A stretch of 64,000 nucleotides of DNA from Azolla caroliniana. Its lineage: Eukaryota; Plantae; Polypodiophyta. The notes beneath the pieces were generated by a model. It was given only the letters and a program-made list of their open reading frames with translations, did no database searches and was not told the DNA's origin. Within the stretch, counting starts at the first letter, position 1, and every line of letters begins with the position of its first letter. The position numbers and the translations under genes are program-made. This document shows positions 24,318 through 38,474 of the stretch, one piece after another. The DNA is taken from assembly GCA_043228905.1 (NCBI GenBank), contig JBHGNT010000010.1:7626001-7690000 (forward strand). The letters are read 5' to 3'.

Positions 24318-27300
24318 ACGATCTTGCAAACTGTCATACGCAGGTACTCAACCACAATCGAATGCTTCTTGATCTTCCGCATTGACGGCCTTTGTCATCA
24401 ACATCTGGTATCAGAGCCTGCACAGTATTCGGTCCTTCAACTCGCTGTCGGCCGTCGTCTCAGCCTGCACAACATTCGGTTTCCTGCGTCATTCGAAGAA
24501 GAGAGAAGAAGAAGAAAAAAAACGAGACTTGCATCTCATCGCGTTAGATCATCTTCGCTTGGAGTAAGCCAGCCGGTTGTACTCTGTTCCTTGTGATCGT
24601 AACCGCTCGAGGTGAAATCCCCTTGTGCAACATTGACACGATCGTGCTCCACTCGGTTAAACGGCATCCGAAGAGGTCATCAAACGCTGCTCGCCGCTCA
24701 TTGTAACCACTCGGTGCAGATCGGTCTCAAGACAACAACCCCAATTCGTGCTTCATCCGGCTGATCGACATTCGGGAGGATCAGTTGGATCCGTCTCTCT
24801 CGTCGCTGCAGTCACCCGAAGCAGAATCGGTCCAGACAATCGGTTTCAATAATCGGTATTTGGCATATATATTCGGAAGCGAACCGGGCTCACTCCGACT
24901 CGGCAACATTCGGGAAGACCAGTCGGTTCTGTCCCTCAAGTTACCGGAGTCAATTCGAGCAAGTTCAACAATACATATATCCGAAGCCGAACCGACTCGG
25001 GTTCAAATCCGACTAGAACGATATCGGGTGAGCCAACCGGCTGCACTCCAACAAGGTTCGTAGTCAACTCCGAACCGAGCTTCGTCAACCGAAACCAAAT
25101 TTGATGGCATCAACATCCGGCTCATCAGAAATGAGTCTACGAAAGTTCGATGGATCGAACTTCAACTTCTGGAAGGAGCAAATGCAGGACTATCTCATAG
25201 TCAAGGGGCAAATCGATCCCATCGAAAATGAAGAACCTCCAGAAGGATACAAACCAATTGAGTGGCAGAAGCTGGACAGAATCGTCCGCGCCACGATTCG
25301 GATGCACCTATCGGAATCGGTATACTTTACGGTGCAATCGTGTACGACAGCATTCGAACTGTGGAAAACACTGTCGGACACTTACGAAAAGAAGGTCGCT
25401 GCAACAAAGATGTTTCTGATCCGGCGCCTCTACAACTTGCGGATGAAAGAATCAGATTCGGTTCAAGCACATCTCAATGAGTACGAAAGCATAAGCTCCC
25501 AAATCTCATCTCAGGGGACGGCAATCGAGGATGAACTCAGAGCAATGATACTCATGAGCAGCCTTCCCTCATCATGGGAAACTTTCATCACAACCGTGTG
25601 CAACGCGTCAACCACGGCTGTTAAATACTCCGAAGTCACGAGCGCAATCCTGACCGAAGCAGCTCGGAGAAAGTCTTTCGCCAAAGACTCAACAGACGAC
25701 GCCTATGTAGTACAAGGTTCGACAGACCGATCGAACATACGAGGAAGAGATTCCTCACGGCAGCCGAACAATTAGCGAAGACGGAGCCAGTCACGGGATA
25801 ATCGAATCTGCAACTATTGCAAGAAACCCGGACACATCAAAGCCGACTGCCGCGCACTCAAGAACAAGAACGACAAGTCTCAGAAATCAGACAAGAAGAG
25901 TGGCCGGCATGAGGAGATCAATTACGTCAGCTCCTCAGCTGATGTGTTACCAAACGACCCGAATATACTATCAATCGAAAATCCTGTCGGATCAGAAGTT
26001 CTGCTCACGACTGAAGAATCGAGCACATGGCTCTTAGATTCGGGCGCGTCATTTCACGTGACTCCTCATCGATCCCAATTTCGGCAATATACGATCCGTC
26101 ACTCCGACTCAGTTCGAGTCGGCAACTCGCAACACTGTGACATCATTGGAATCGGCACAGTAGAGCTCAACCTTGCAGGTGGCTCTACCCTTGTACTTCA
26201 CAATGTCCGACATGTACCCGAGCTCTCAAGGCCATTGATCTCAGTCGGACAACTAGATGAAGACGGCATTCGTGCCGGTTTTTCTTCGGGAGGGTGGACA
26301 CTCCACAGGGGGAACCTCCTGCTTGCTAGAGGACCCAAGATACACTCACTGTATCCGTTACATGTTACGCTCAGAGAGGGTAACCTGTTTTTGGTGGATA
26401 TTCCTGTGTCATCACTATGGCACAGAAGATTAGGACACCTCAGCAAGGCCGGCATTACGCACCTATCTAGAGCCGGATACATCCCTAAACTCTCCTTCTC
26501 GGACCATCAATTCTGCGAACATTGCCAGTATGGCAAACAAGCAGCCGCATCACACCCGACATCAGCACCAAGAGAAACGAGACCTCTCGATTTAGTCCAC
26601 TCGGACATCTGTGGCCCAATGCCGCATCAGTCTCTCGGCGGTGCCTCTTACTTCGTCAGTTTTATTGACGATTCGACTCGAAAGGTGTGGGCTTATCCAA
26701 TTCGCACCAAAGATCGTGTCTTCTCGATCTTCTCCGATTGGCTCGCTATGGTAGAAAATCAAACTGACCGAAAACTGAAATGCTTTCGGACCGACAATGG
26801 GGGAGAGTTCAAATCAGAAGAATTCGTCAAATTCTGCCGACAACGCGGCATCCGACGTGAATTTACGGCACCACACAGTCCGGAGCAAAACGGGATTGCA
26901 GAACGCATGAATCGGACAATCCAAGAACGGATAGTTTCCATGCTCCAACACTCCGGACTGTCGGATGGCTTCTGGGCAGAGGCTCTACTCACGGCAGTAC
27001 ACATAATCAATATGTCGCCAAGTAGACCTCTAGGACTTCAAATTCCTCAGGAACTATGGATCGGCAGTAAGCCGAATTACGACAAGCTGAGGATCTTCGG
27101 ATGCGAGGCGTACGCCCTTATTCCGAAAGATGATCGCCGAAAACTTGCACCTCGGTCCAGGAAATGCATTTTCCTTGGATATGGATCCGACGGCGAAATG
27201 GGATACCGACTCTGGAACCCCGAACGCAGACAAATCGTTCGAAGTTCGGACGTTGTGTTCAACGAGTCGGCTATGAATCCATCAGTCGAAACACCGATCG

Positions 27301-29634
27301 AAGTCCGAAGGGTAACATTTTCCGATGTGCCGACCCTTCAAGAAGGCCCCGCTCTTAACACACGGTCAGCTTCACGGGTAGCTGAACCTTACACTACCGA
27401 CTCGGACAACTCTGACTCGGCACAGCCGAATGATTCGCTTTCGGACCATCCGACCTCGATACCCGATGCGACCAGTCCAATCATACCTCGACGCTTCAAG
27501 AGACTGTCGCAACCTCCGGAGAGGTATTCCCCTGGAATTTTCTTCACCGACGCCGGCGAACCGACGTCTTACGAAGAAGCATCGACATCTGTCGATTCAG
27601 CCACCTGGCATCTGGCGATGGAGTCGGAAATGCACTCCATTCGGGCAAACAAGACTTGGGATCTGGTCGAATTACCTAAGAATCGACGTGCTCTTCCTTG
27701 CAAGTGGGTTTATCGACTAAAAGAGACGTCTGATTCGACCACCCCAAAGTACAAGGCCAGATTAGTTGCAAAGGGCTTCCGACAAGAATATGGCGTCGAC
27801 TTCGACAAGATTTTTTCACCAGTGGTGAAAATGACAACCCTTCGTTTTCTACTCGGCGTAGTGGCAGCCGACAACTTGGAGCTGATTCAGCTAGATGTCA
27901 AAACAGCCTTCCTCCATGGTGATCTTGAAGAGGAAATTTATATGGAGCAGCCAAAAGGCTTCGTGGCAACTGGCCAAGAACATCTAGTCTGCCGACTCCG
28001 GAAGAGTCTATACGGCCTCAAACAGGCACCGCAACAATGGTACAAGAAGTTCGACGACTTCATCCAATCGATCGGCTTCTCAAAAAGCGATGAGGACCAT
28101 TGTCTTTTTACCAACACAGCTCAAGATGGATCACCCATCTTCCTCATCATTTACGTGGACGACATGCTAATTTCTGGACGCCACGCGGGCGAACTTGCCG
28201 ATCTCATTCGGCAACTGCGGTTGAAGTTTGCCATGAAGGACCTCGGTCCGGCACGACACATACTTGGCATGAAGATTAGTCGGCATCGCGATAAACGACA
28301 TCTTTTTTTGTCTCAGACCGACTATATCGGACGTGTCTTGGAACGCTTCAACATGCAATCAGCCAAATCTGCTTCAACCCCGCTCCCCATGAATCTTCGG
28401 CTCTCTCAGCGAGACTGCCCGACATCTGGTCCGGAGGGGGAAGATATGAAGTCGGTACCGTATGCACCGGCAGTCGGCTCCCTTATGTACCTGATGGTCG
28501 CGACACGGCCTGATATTTCTCATGCCGTAGGAGTCGTTAGCAGATTTATGCACAATCCTGGCCGATCGCATTGGAACGCAGTCAAGCATGTGTTCAAATA
28601 TCTGGCTGGCACAAAAGATCACGGCATTCTTTTCGGTCCGAACTCAACCTCAGGCGTAGTCGGTTACACCGACTCGGACTTCGCCGGCTGTATAGACAGT
28701 CGAAAATCAACAACCGGATACTGCTTCAAATTCGGCAACGGAGCAATTTCGTGGAAGTCGAAACTTCAGGAGTGCACAGCGACCTCAACGACCGAAGCAG
28801 AATATGTAGCTGCGTCCGACGCTGCAAAAGAAGCTTTGTGGCTCGGCCGGCTGGCGCACACGTTTCGGCAAGTCGACCATGACTCGGCTCCAGTTGTCTA
28901 TAGCGACAGTCAAGGTGCTGTTGCCTTGTCGAGAAATCCGGTTCACCACAACGCCTCCAAACATATCGACGTTCGATATCACTTCGTTCGGGACTGCGTC
29001 ATTTCAGGGAAAATCGGTTTAGAGAAAATATCCACAACCGACAATGTCGCAGATGGAATGACCAAGTGTCTTTCGGCAGACCGCTTTTGGTCCCTTCGGC
29101 ATCAGATGGGCGTAACGACAAACCAGTCCGGTTAGAGCCGGACACAGCGCAGGATGGTTTCAGACAACCGACATCAGTTCCTTAATGATCGGCTTCAACT
29201 CTTCCGACCCGACCAGTCCGGTCTTCTGCCTTCGGATCCTGCCGACTCGAACAAAACTGATATGTCCGAGAACCTAGGTTTATACCTGTAATCTTAGATA
29301 ACCCATGTATACGCCCATTACGGGGGAGTGTCGAATACAAGTGTATAATGGACGTATTCACACTATCCCTCTGTATAGATCAAGTTTGGGCCATTTGTGT
29401 AATTAGCATAAATGGTAGTTGCCCTAAGTTTGTCACTATACATAGTGACCTTGTAACCTTTTTGTAAGGTCGGTTGTATTATACTTTTCTATTGAATAGA
29501 AAGTCATTTTGTGTGTGTGTGTCTCTCTCTCTCTCTCTCTCTCTGTGCACGATCTTGCAAACTGTCATACGCAGGTACTCAACCACAATCGAATGCTTCT
29601 TGATCTTCCACATTGACGGCCTTTGTCATCAACA
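24100..29634 (+). mobile_element. Young, near-intact Ty1/Copia G
   Basis: LTRs 24100-24403 and 29329-29634 differ at few positions; TSD GGACC 24095-24099 and 29635-29639; PBS TGGTATCAGAGC 24406-24417; PPT GGGGGAG 29322-29328. Confidence 0.97.
25104..29135 (+). pseudogene. gag-pol: Copia G gag-pol polyprotein with a single in-frame TAG at 25773-25775
   Basis: ORFs 25101-25775 and 25944-29135 share a frame; CNYCKKPGHIKADC lies between; WLLDSGA, LWHRRLGH, HSDICGP, RTDNGGEF, YVDDML, YTDSDFAG, KHIDVRYHFVR. Confidence 0.95.
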
Positions 29635-29639
29635 GGACC

Positions 29640-31008
29640 CACCGGCATCGTTCCGTCGTTGCCCGAATCGGGTCTCGTACCGTTGTGAGGGCACGGCCGC
29701 TCCGGCTTTCCCCACTCGTTTGTCTTCTACCAGAGCCTCGTAGTTCCGGCAGGCGGCTTCTACGAAGCCCGTCTTTTCCTCGACTGGATCGCTCCACCCG
29801 GTTATTTCCCGGACCCGTCTCTCAACGCGGTCCGTTTCATCTTTCCTTAGCCGTGCGCCTGCAAGACCTTCCAGCATTGCCAACCAGAATCCGTCTTTGC
29901 CCTCCTTTCGGACCTCACTGCCCCCGACCCGAATGCCGGCCGACACCGAGTAGTGGATGGCCTCCACGTGTCGGGCCGCCGCCTCTTCCATCAGTCTCTT
30001 CATTCCTCCTCGCCTGTCATTTCGGTTCAGGGCCCTCCTGGTGTCGCCGGCGTGCACCCGGCCTTCCCATAGGTACACCACCCGGTTCCTCAACGCTTCT
30101 GCGAAATCGCCGTAGTCCTTCCGGATGTGGCCGACCTCGTCGCACCACATGCATCTGTTCCCTGTTGCCGGCCGTCGGTCACGAGCTAGTTCGCCGCCTT
30201 CCCTTCGAGTCTGGGCGATCTGGAGATCCTTTATCGCCCGCGTCAACTCGTCCAGCATTGCTCCTCCGGACGAGCCATTGACCATGCCGGTTGAAGCCGG
30301 ACCGGTTTCGAGCCATTCCCGGGTCTCTTCCCTTCGCACTTGCGGTGCCGGTTCAAGCCTCCTTGCTGTGACAGAGCCCGCACCGGCCGCCCCATTGTCA
30401 GCCCATTCTCGCCGTTTATCGAAACGGCCACATACTCTCTTAACCGCAGCCCAGTCGGTTGTCAGCCCGTCCTCGGTTTCCAACAAGGAGCCGACTTGGT
30501 CCCGGTCCCGCTCGTCCACCGACTTGACGAACAGTAGGACCCGGCTCATATCCAGAACGGTTCGGTCAAGCGCCGAAAGGCACGCAAAGCGTTCTTCGAA
30601 CTCCCGGAGGAGTGCCGTCGCGTTTCTTCCCTTGCCGGGGAACTCCACCCATTCCATGAAGTCCCGTTTCGAAAGCCGGAGCGTGTCGTCCAGCCCGTAT
30701 TTTTCTAGGAGTCGGCCTTCGAACTCCTCCCAGGTACGGCTCTCCGCCCGCACCTCGAGCACCTCCGCATGGATGCTCGGCATCGCCACTCGAGGAAACC
30801 CGGCAAGACGCCTCTCTTCCGGAATGTCCCGCATCAGCATTTCTGCCCCGTAGGACGCCAAATACTTCGTGGCATCCTTTCCGCTGAACCGGCCAATCGT
30901 ACCGACGACCGCCTCAATGGCTCTGTCGAGGGCGTCGGTGCCCTCGCGTGCACTCAATATCCGATCCACGGCCGAAGCCATGGCCTCTGCAAGATCCGAC
31001 CCTTTCAT
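29640..31008 (-). CDS. gag: gag of E (CCHC-like CMWCDEVGHIRKD), interrupted by G
   Basis: ORF 29629-31293; homologous to F 60661-62526; likely start at MKGSDLAEAM after the PBS. Confidence 0.85.
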
Positions 31009-31030
31009 CTTCTGCTCTTCTGCCGCCTCC

Positions 31031-31048
31031 TTCACGTCGGGTTCACCA
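31031..31048 (-). promoter_or_regulatory. tRNA-Trp PBS of E
   Basis: TGGTGAACCCGACGTGAA, complementary to the recalled plant tRNA-Trp 3' end; identical in F. Confidence 0.85.
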
Positions 31049-31052
31049 AAGA

Positions 31053-31668
31053 TGTCGAGGTTTTCCTCGCGGATGCGTGGAATGAGGCGGGACCTCGGGG
31101 GTCCTGTACCAAAGAGCAAGAGAGAAAGGAGAAGATGCCCACTACGTGCGAGAGTAGATTCACAGGGACACGGCCCTTCGACACAAAGACGCGAGTGGGA
31201 CAGCGACACAGGGAGACAAGAATGTATGTATGTATTAACAAAGACAAACAACACAACACGGAGTCGGTTACAACCGAACAGGTCGGCGAACATATGCCGA
31301 TACCTTTTCGTAAATGCACAGAAAGGAAGGAGTAGGTTGGAGGTGCTGCCGGAAGCACTCCGGCATTCCTCAGAGCAGCGCGAGCCTCCCGAAACCTACA
31401 CAGAAGGAAGCTATGGCGTTTGCGAACCAAAGAGAGAGAGAGAGAGAGACCTTCGCCCACGAACCGACAGCACTTCGTCCTCGACTCTCCGCGATCCCAT
31501 CCCCCTTCTTGTCTCCCTCCTTTTATAGGCAAGGAAGGAGCCGTTTCCCCTTTACTTCCTACCCACTAAATCTACCTGCCTAGGATCTTCTATGGACAAC
31601 ATTCGAGAAGAGCCGGGTCCTACGCTCCTGTGCACCGATTCCGCTTGTGGACGGTTTTCTTCATGACA
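31053..31668 (-). repeat. 5' LTR of E
   Basis: Direct repeat of 19187-19799, adjacent to PBS. Confidence 0.96.
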
Positions 31669-32199
31669 ACGTACTAACAATACTTTTTGAGCCCACTTGG
31701 CGTAGGCTTTGCATAACCGAACAAATAGGCATGAAGGTCTTTGCTTTTTAGTACTAACATTGTTCATTACTAGATGAAATATGTGTGTCCAGGTGGCTTA
31801 GTACTAATCCTTTAAGTTCCTAAGATGTTGATTAAGTACTAACATTACTTAATACATTGTATTCCTTTATGATCAATTGATTCAGTATTGATTATTTGGT
31901 ACAGAGGGTCCTAAATTTTTAGTTGTATAACTTGTATTAGTACTAACATTGCTTATTGAATTAGGCTTTGAATGACCGAACAAATAGACATGAATGTGTT
32001 GGCTTTTTAGTACTAACATTGTTCGGATCCAGATGAAATATGCATGTCCAGGTGGATCAGTACTATATTTGTTATTTTGGACTCATGTTATAATATGTAT
32101 GCTTATAATATGAATGTTGTAGTTTCTAGCAACACCACACCAGGGAAGGTAATTGACAAACCAGGCCCCGCGTTACTACGTACAGAGTTTGCTGCAAAT

Positions 32200-35076
32200 T
32201 CCCAAGTCCACTGTCGTTCCTTAGTGGTACCTGATGAAGTTTATGATGATGATTCACGTTGTCTTCTATCTCTAGGTTCTATAGCTTCCATGGCTCAACA
32301 ATTGATAGATTGGTGCATTCATCCCAAGCTTCATCTAAACACATGAAACAAAAGCACGATAAACTGCGGAATAACAATTGTGTTGTGTCCTAGCGACTAA
32401 ACCCTAAAACACAATGGGTCTTGTGAGTCCCTTTCACGGTTTTACAACTGTATGATTTATTCCTATCCACCTCATTAGCACGAACCTCAATAAACTATTC
32501 TTACCATCATTTGACATCTTCCATGTGAGCCACTCCACAACATTGTGTGCATTTTGTAGCTTAGCACCTTTATTATCCAATTGCTCCGATGTAAGAGCAC
32601 ACTTGATCACAGCCCCCGTGCCATCGTGCTCTCCCTTTCCATGTTCAGACCCGAAGTAGTTCCATTGCATCCTAATGTTTGTCAATGAGAAGTATCTGGG
32701 TGTTTTGCATGACAGTTAGCCAACAAACATAATTAATTGCATGACTTAAACCATAATTATTACTTATACATGAGTGAACAATACTAATATTTGAACCAAT
32801 ACAAATGAACAAGACAGGATAACACTAAGTTATTGATTAGTACTAATGCACGAGAGAGGATAATACTAAGTTGGAAATTAAAACTAACAAACGAGAAAGG
32901 GAAGTGGTAAGTTATTAATTAGTACTGATGCACGAGAAAGGATGGTACTAAGTTGGAAATTAGTACTAACAAACAAGAGAGGGGAGTGGTAAGTTACTAA
33001 TCAATACTAATGCATGAGAGAGAACAACCATAAGTTATAAGTTGGTCGTAATGTACAGAGTTGGAGAGTACTAAGTTATTAATTAGTACTAATGCATGAC
33101 AAAGGACAGTCCTAAGTTATAAGTTGGTCTTAATGAGCAAAGTTGGATAGTTCTAAGTTTGTAATTAGTACTAATGCATGATAGCGGACAGTTCATAGTA
33201 CTAAGTTGGTCTTAATGAACAAAGTAGGACAGTACTAAGTTAATGGATAGTACTAAGTTAAAAATTAGTATTAATTAGTTTACTTAACATTGTTATTACC
33301 ATAATCAGTACTAGTGAATCTAGGTGCAAGTCATTTAGTATTTTATACAAACATTTCTAAGTACTATGGAGTATTACCAAAATAGACTTCCATTTATAAG
33401 TACCAAACATATGGATTATTTCCTCACCTTGCAATGAAGTAGAAGGACTGGGCCGTCTTAAATTGCGAGGCATCACCATTAGACCAAACCCAATGCCCAT
33501 TAAAGTTAACATCCAATGACAATAAATCTGCATGGTGAAGCTTAAAACAATGTTGAAGAAATAGTGTATCGTGCTTTTTATCATCTAAAATGTAGAATAT
33601 TGATTTCTTATGTAACTCACCGTCTTTTCTCCAATAGCAAATATGTACAAGTATTGTACATTGGTCATTATACCAATGCATTGATTGAACCTCATTTTGA
33701 ACTTTAAACGTACAGTTCTCTGCAAAGTCAATAACGGATACTATAACATCTGGTGGTAAGTTATTTATACATTCCTTGAACTGTGAATTTTGCCAATAAC
33801 TCGTAAAGTTATGTGGAATGAACTCCTCGAGTTGGTTCTTAAACTCTGAGACAAGGGTAGCAGCACATGTCTCCTTATATACTTCCTTGATATGCTTACT
33901 AACAACACCCTTGCCTATATTTTCTGTCACATACTCTAAATATTTCCATTTCACAATATGACAGTTATCTACATCAAGCTCTTGTCTACAAAATGGAGGT
34001 GGTGGGCAAACTTTACATGTTCTTAGAAGACATGTACAATTATGCCACTCAGATGATGGTTTTTTTTCACAAACAAAAGACCTCCATATCTCAGAAACCG
34101 ATGCGTAAGTCATGTTTCGTGCATTACATCTATTATCACTCCCATTTGGTCTACATACCTCACAAGTGCAAATACACCCATCCCCATGTCCATTTTAATG
34201 TGGTACACAACAACAACATGTGTTCCTCTCTTTTAACTTTCTAACAAAAAATGGTTTCAAACCTTGGAACTTGTGAAATCCAAGATTGATGTTAGGATGT
34301 TGGTCTTTGAAGTTCATGAACAATTCTGCCTACATCACTCAATAAATAACAAATGTTAATAGAATTCTTTAGTACAAAAAAATATTTAGAAACAAATAGA
34401 TAAAAACAAAGGAATTACCTCAGTCATCTCCAAGAAGTGTCTTGGGTGAATCTGGTACCTGCACCAACTTATACGTTGTCTACATACATCTTTTTTATTC
34501 GGTGAGACATGAGTGGTTTTTGTCCAAAAGGAATCCACTTTCTCAACAATCTCTTGAGAAAAGGCATCACATCATCGTCTATGGCCTAACCTCAACTAGT
34601 TAAATTGATTTGACTGTATATTTGTCCAATGCTTCCTCAAGTTTCTTCTTAGGATACCAAGGGCTAAGGCAACTTTAGTATCACTAATTTTTTTTTTGGT
34701 TGTACCATTTACAACCATCTAAAGGGCTGCTCTTTTTGCACCAAGCTTATCTATGCTCTCTACCCCTTTCACTAAGTGTAGCGATGACTTCATAGACTCT
34801 ACAATCTCCTCTGAAACACATTGGTCCCTAATCTTAATATTTTCCATGCACTCATTCAAAAGTTGATGGTGTAACACTCTAGAGATAATATCCCTACGGT
34901 CTTCCTTGGTAAATCTCTCAATTACTTCTAGTGAATAACGAACTATGTGAAGAACCACCCGTCTCTTGCTCCTCTCAGACATAGATTTGCTACATGACAA
35001 CTCACTCTCCTTGACATCTACCATTGCCACTCTCATGTATTCCAGCACCTAATTTCTTGTTATTTCAGTACTTCAT
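32200..35076 (-). pseudogene. Spliced Sola2-like DDD transposase of S (introns 34330-34418 and 32696-33427), degenerate; 5' part cut by Copia B
   Basis: Motifs in order: SPNKKDVCR, LKPFFVRKLKERNTCCC, Cys cluster, IDFAEN..QNEVQSMHW, DDKKHD, WSNGDASQFK, WNYFGSEHGKGEHDG, CKTVKGTHKTH; GT-AG introns join the exons in frame. Confidence 0.82.
32820..33320. repeat. AGTACT/CTAAGTT degenerate tandem repeats inside the transposase intron
   Basis: TTAGTACTAA at 32837, 32960, 33083, 33165 with many variants. Confidence 0.85.
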
Positions 35077-35849
35077 TGTTAAGTATTAGGTAAGTAATTA
35101 AGCAAGGGTTAATTAGTACCTAATTATGTGATTAGTTGATAAGTGGAAGATTATGTGATATGTCTGTGTATGTGTGTGAGAGGAAGATATATATATATAT
35201 ATACACTTATGAACAACACAAGATGGGGGATGAGTAACTATATTAAATTAGGTTTATCATCATCAAATACAAAAATACCCAAAATGAGGTATATATACAT
35301 CTCATGTGCAAAGGTGCACATGTGTGAGTAGAATATAGCTACTAATGTGTAAGTCCTATATTAAATGTACTTAGGAGTGGAGGATCTAGAATATCCCACT
35401 TAAGTACAAGGTCCTATTTAAGGCTTTATAGTCAACACTTCTAACTAGATTTTATCTAGGTAACTACGAAGTTACATCATTGACTAACTAACTAAACTAA
35501 GTTGAGCTTGATCTCTCAACGTGCCCCCTCAAACTCAAGTGTGAGGCGTCTTACATCCAGCATTGTTTTTAGTGTTGTCCGGCTTTCGATGTCGGCTTCT
35601 GTGCAGCTTCCATACGGCCTTCGACTTTCTTCGCCGTGGCAATCTCGGGTCCTCCCCCTCAAGCCGGTGACAAAGACTTGTAGTGTGTGGGCGAAGGCCG
35701 ACTACTTTCACCCATCATGGGTGACGAGTCGCTTTGGTGGAGCTCTTGGGCTCTTGTTCGGCCGCTACCTTCATCGCGAAGGCATAAAGATGGGCCATAT
35801 ACTCGTTGTAGCCGAGCCGCGTGACGGGGTTCTTAGCTCTAGATGAGCG

Positions 35850-38474
35850 TCAAAGTTTTTCGCTCGCCAATGTGAGCGCCTTCTTTACTCCGGGTATCTG
35901 CTTGATGGGTACACCGAAATCACTATCTAATGAGGGAGCCAATCCATCCGAATCATTGTCATCGGGGTGATCGACTTCGTATTCGGGCATCTTATCTTTG
36001 CCTTTCTCCAAGTTCGTACTGGGCCGCGACGTGCTTGGGTCGCGTGGGGGCTCTTGTGGCCCACTAGGCTTTACCATGATCGGACTTTCTTCGAACATGT
36101 GTTCGAAGCGATCTCCATCTTCTACCTCTTGTTCGGCGGATTTCGGGTCGAGCGCAGTCGAGGTCGAAGTTGTCTTTGGTGCGTACCAGGATGCGGACTC
36201 GTCGAAGACTACGTCTCGACTTACCCAAAACACTCGGGTAGAAGGGTTGTAGCACTTGTACGCCTTCTTCTCGAACAAGTATTCTATGAGGATACATTCC
36301 TCCGACTTTGCGTCGGGCTTCGGTCATTGTTCGTTCGGGATGCGTACATTCGCAATGCTTCTCAACACCTTGAGGTGCGACAGGATCAGCTTCCTTTCGA
36401 CGAGGAGCTCGTATGGATTTAGCTCATGGACTCAATTGGTGGTGCACCGGTTCATAAGATAGACGGACGTGGATGCCGCTTCGGCCCAATAGAAGTTCGG
36501 CATGTGCCTCTCATGCATGATGGCGCGTGCTACCTCAAGTATTTGCCGATTCTTCCTTTGAGCTACTCCATTTTTTTGGGGTGTGTGTCAGCACGAGATT
36601 TCTCTCCAAATGCCTTCACTTTGGAGGCAGGAGGTGAATTCGTCGGAGAAGTACTCCTTTCCTCCATCCTATCGTAGGCATCGAATGTGCCAACCGGTCT
36701 CCTTTTTGACTTGCCTCTTGAGCTTTTGGAAGTGGGAGAGCACTTCACTTTTCTTCTTCATCGGGTAGATCCACACGTAGCGTGAGTAGTCGTCGATGAA
36801 GGTTATGTAGTAACAGCATCCGCCGATCGTCGGCGTTTGAGCCGGTCCCCATACATCCGAGTGTATGACATCGAGGAGGCCTTTGATTGCGTAGCTCTCC
36901 TTCGGGAATGAGAGTTGATGTTGTTTGCCGAGTTGACACGCTTCGCATACTCGGTCGACTCGTTTCGACTCGAATGTCGGAAGTTCAATGACGACTCCCT
37001 TTGTTTGCATAGCTCGCAGCCGTTGGAGGTTGATGTGGCCGATTCTTTTGTGACACAACTCGATGTTCATCTCGTTTTTGAGACCTTTAGCACACATTGC
37101 CGATTTCACCTCGTTCAAATCGAGGATGAACATTCGGCCTTCTCTCCGCCCCTTAGCTATGACTCGACCATCTTTCTTGATGAAGCATCCTTCTTTGTTG
37201 AAGCGGACTTGCATGCCTTGCTCCAAGATTTGGCCGACTGAGACCAAATTCTTCGTTATTGTGGGCACGTGCAAGACATTCTTGATGCAAGTTTGCTTGC
37301 CTTCTTTTCCGAATGGGACATTGCCGATGTGCCGAATGGGGTGTGTGGTATCGTCTCCCATCTCTATGAAGCGGGGTCAATCCGGCGTTCGTAAATCACA
37401 ACACCACTCTTCGTGAGATGTCATGTGATGTGAGGCGCTGGAGTCGACGAACCACACGTCTTCCGAGTTGGAGATGCTTGCGGAGTTGGAGGCCGTCATA
37501 GAGTTCGCTCTATGCCTCATTATGAACATTTCGCCACGATCACCGTAGTCGGAATTCGATGCGTGATTCATGAACATTCCGCAACGATTGTTGTAGTCAG
37601 AGTTCGATGTGTAGTTTGTGAGTTGTCGACTTGTTGAAGCCGACTCACTTCTCTTTTTCCGACACTCTTCCTCGTAGTGGCCGACTTTGCCGCAATAATT
37701 GCAACTTACGGGCCTCGGATACCGACCGTGTTTGCCGTGGAAACTCCCCCTTCTTCCAAAGGTTCCTCGATGGCTTCCATGAAGGTTTGAGTTCCCTTCA
37801 TGTGATGGGTTGAATTGACCTCTTTTACCGCTGTAACCTCGTCCTCGACCACCACCGGAATTCGAGAAGAACATTTGTCTTTCCGATGTTCTGGTTTTGG
37901 TTTGGACGTTGTTCTCTTCAACCATTGGCATTGATTGAAGGTCAAAGAACAAGGGGGGGTTTTCCCTCGCCAAGATTGTTGTCCTCAACGAGTCGAATCG
38001 TTGTGAGAGGCCGCCCAAGCATACTTGAACCATCTCGTCTTCGTCGATGTTTATTTTGATGGAGCCAAGCGAGTCGCAAATGCTCTTGATCTTGGCCGTG
38101 TAGTTCGACACGGACATGTCTTTTTGCCAAATGTTATTCAACTCTTGCCGGAGTTGAAGTTTGCGGGCGGTCGTGTTGGCGGCGAACATTTTCTATAAGT
38201 TCTCCCACGCCTCTTTAGGCATCTTGGCGTCTCGAATGTGGCTAAGCATATGGTCGTGGACACATGTTGCCAAGCAATACATTACCCGACTCGCTCCTTG
38301 CTCCCACGTTGGGTAGTTGGTGTTTGTGTTGTCGAGCTTGTTCTCGAGTGCGCCGTTGATGTAGCTCCAATACCCTTGGCCGACGAGGTATTGGGTCATC
38401 TTGTACTCCCAAAATGAATAATTGCTCCGGTCTAGTTTTTCACTAGGGAGCCAACTACCCATTTGTGTGTTCAT
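35850..38474 (-). pseudogene. Copia B gag-PR-integrase-linker
   Basis: ORFs 38193-38474, 37377-38189 (CNYCGKVGHYEEEC, WFVDS), 36669-37361, 35850-36278. Confidence 0.9.

Larger units (their letters stand above)
19187..31668 (-). mobile_element. GC-rich Ty3/Gypsy E, tRNA-Trp primed, 4-bp TSD ACGT; interrupted by Copia G
   Basis: LTRs 19187-19799 and 31053-31668; ACGT at 19183-19186 and 31669-31672; PBS 31031-31048; G-rich PPT 19800-19811; gag, PR (VDHGSE), RT (FLDD), RH, IN; no chromodomain. Confidence 0.95.

Noticed and set aside
25773-25775. Programmed readthrough of TAG in Copia G
   Set aside because: The stop lies before the Gag zinc knuckle and lacks a CARYYA context; a CAG>TAG transition is simpler.
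31031-31048. tRNA genes at tRNA-matching segments (also 17103-17120, 60582-60599)
   Set aside because: Only ~18-nt 3'-end matches including CCA next to LTRs; these are primer-binding sites.
30125-31528. Long antisense ORFs over E (similarly 53251-54048, 61580-62356, 62644-63468, 1047-1889)
   Set aside because: Shadow frames of gag/pol coding or GC-rich LTR sequence with no recognisable motifs.
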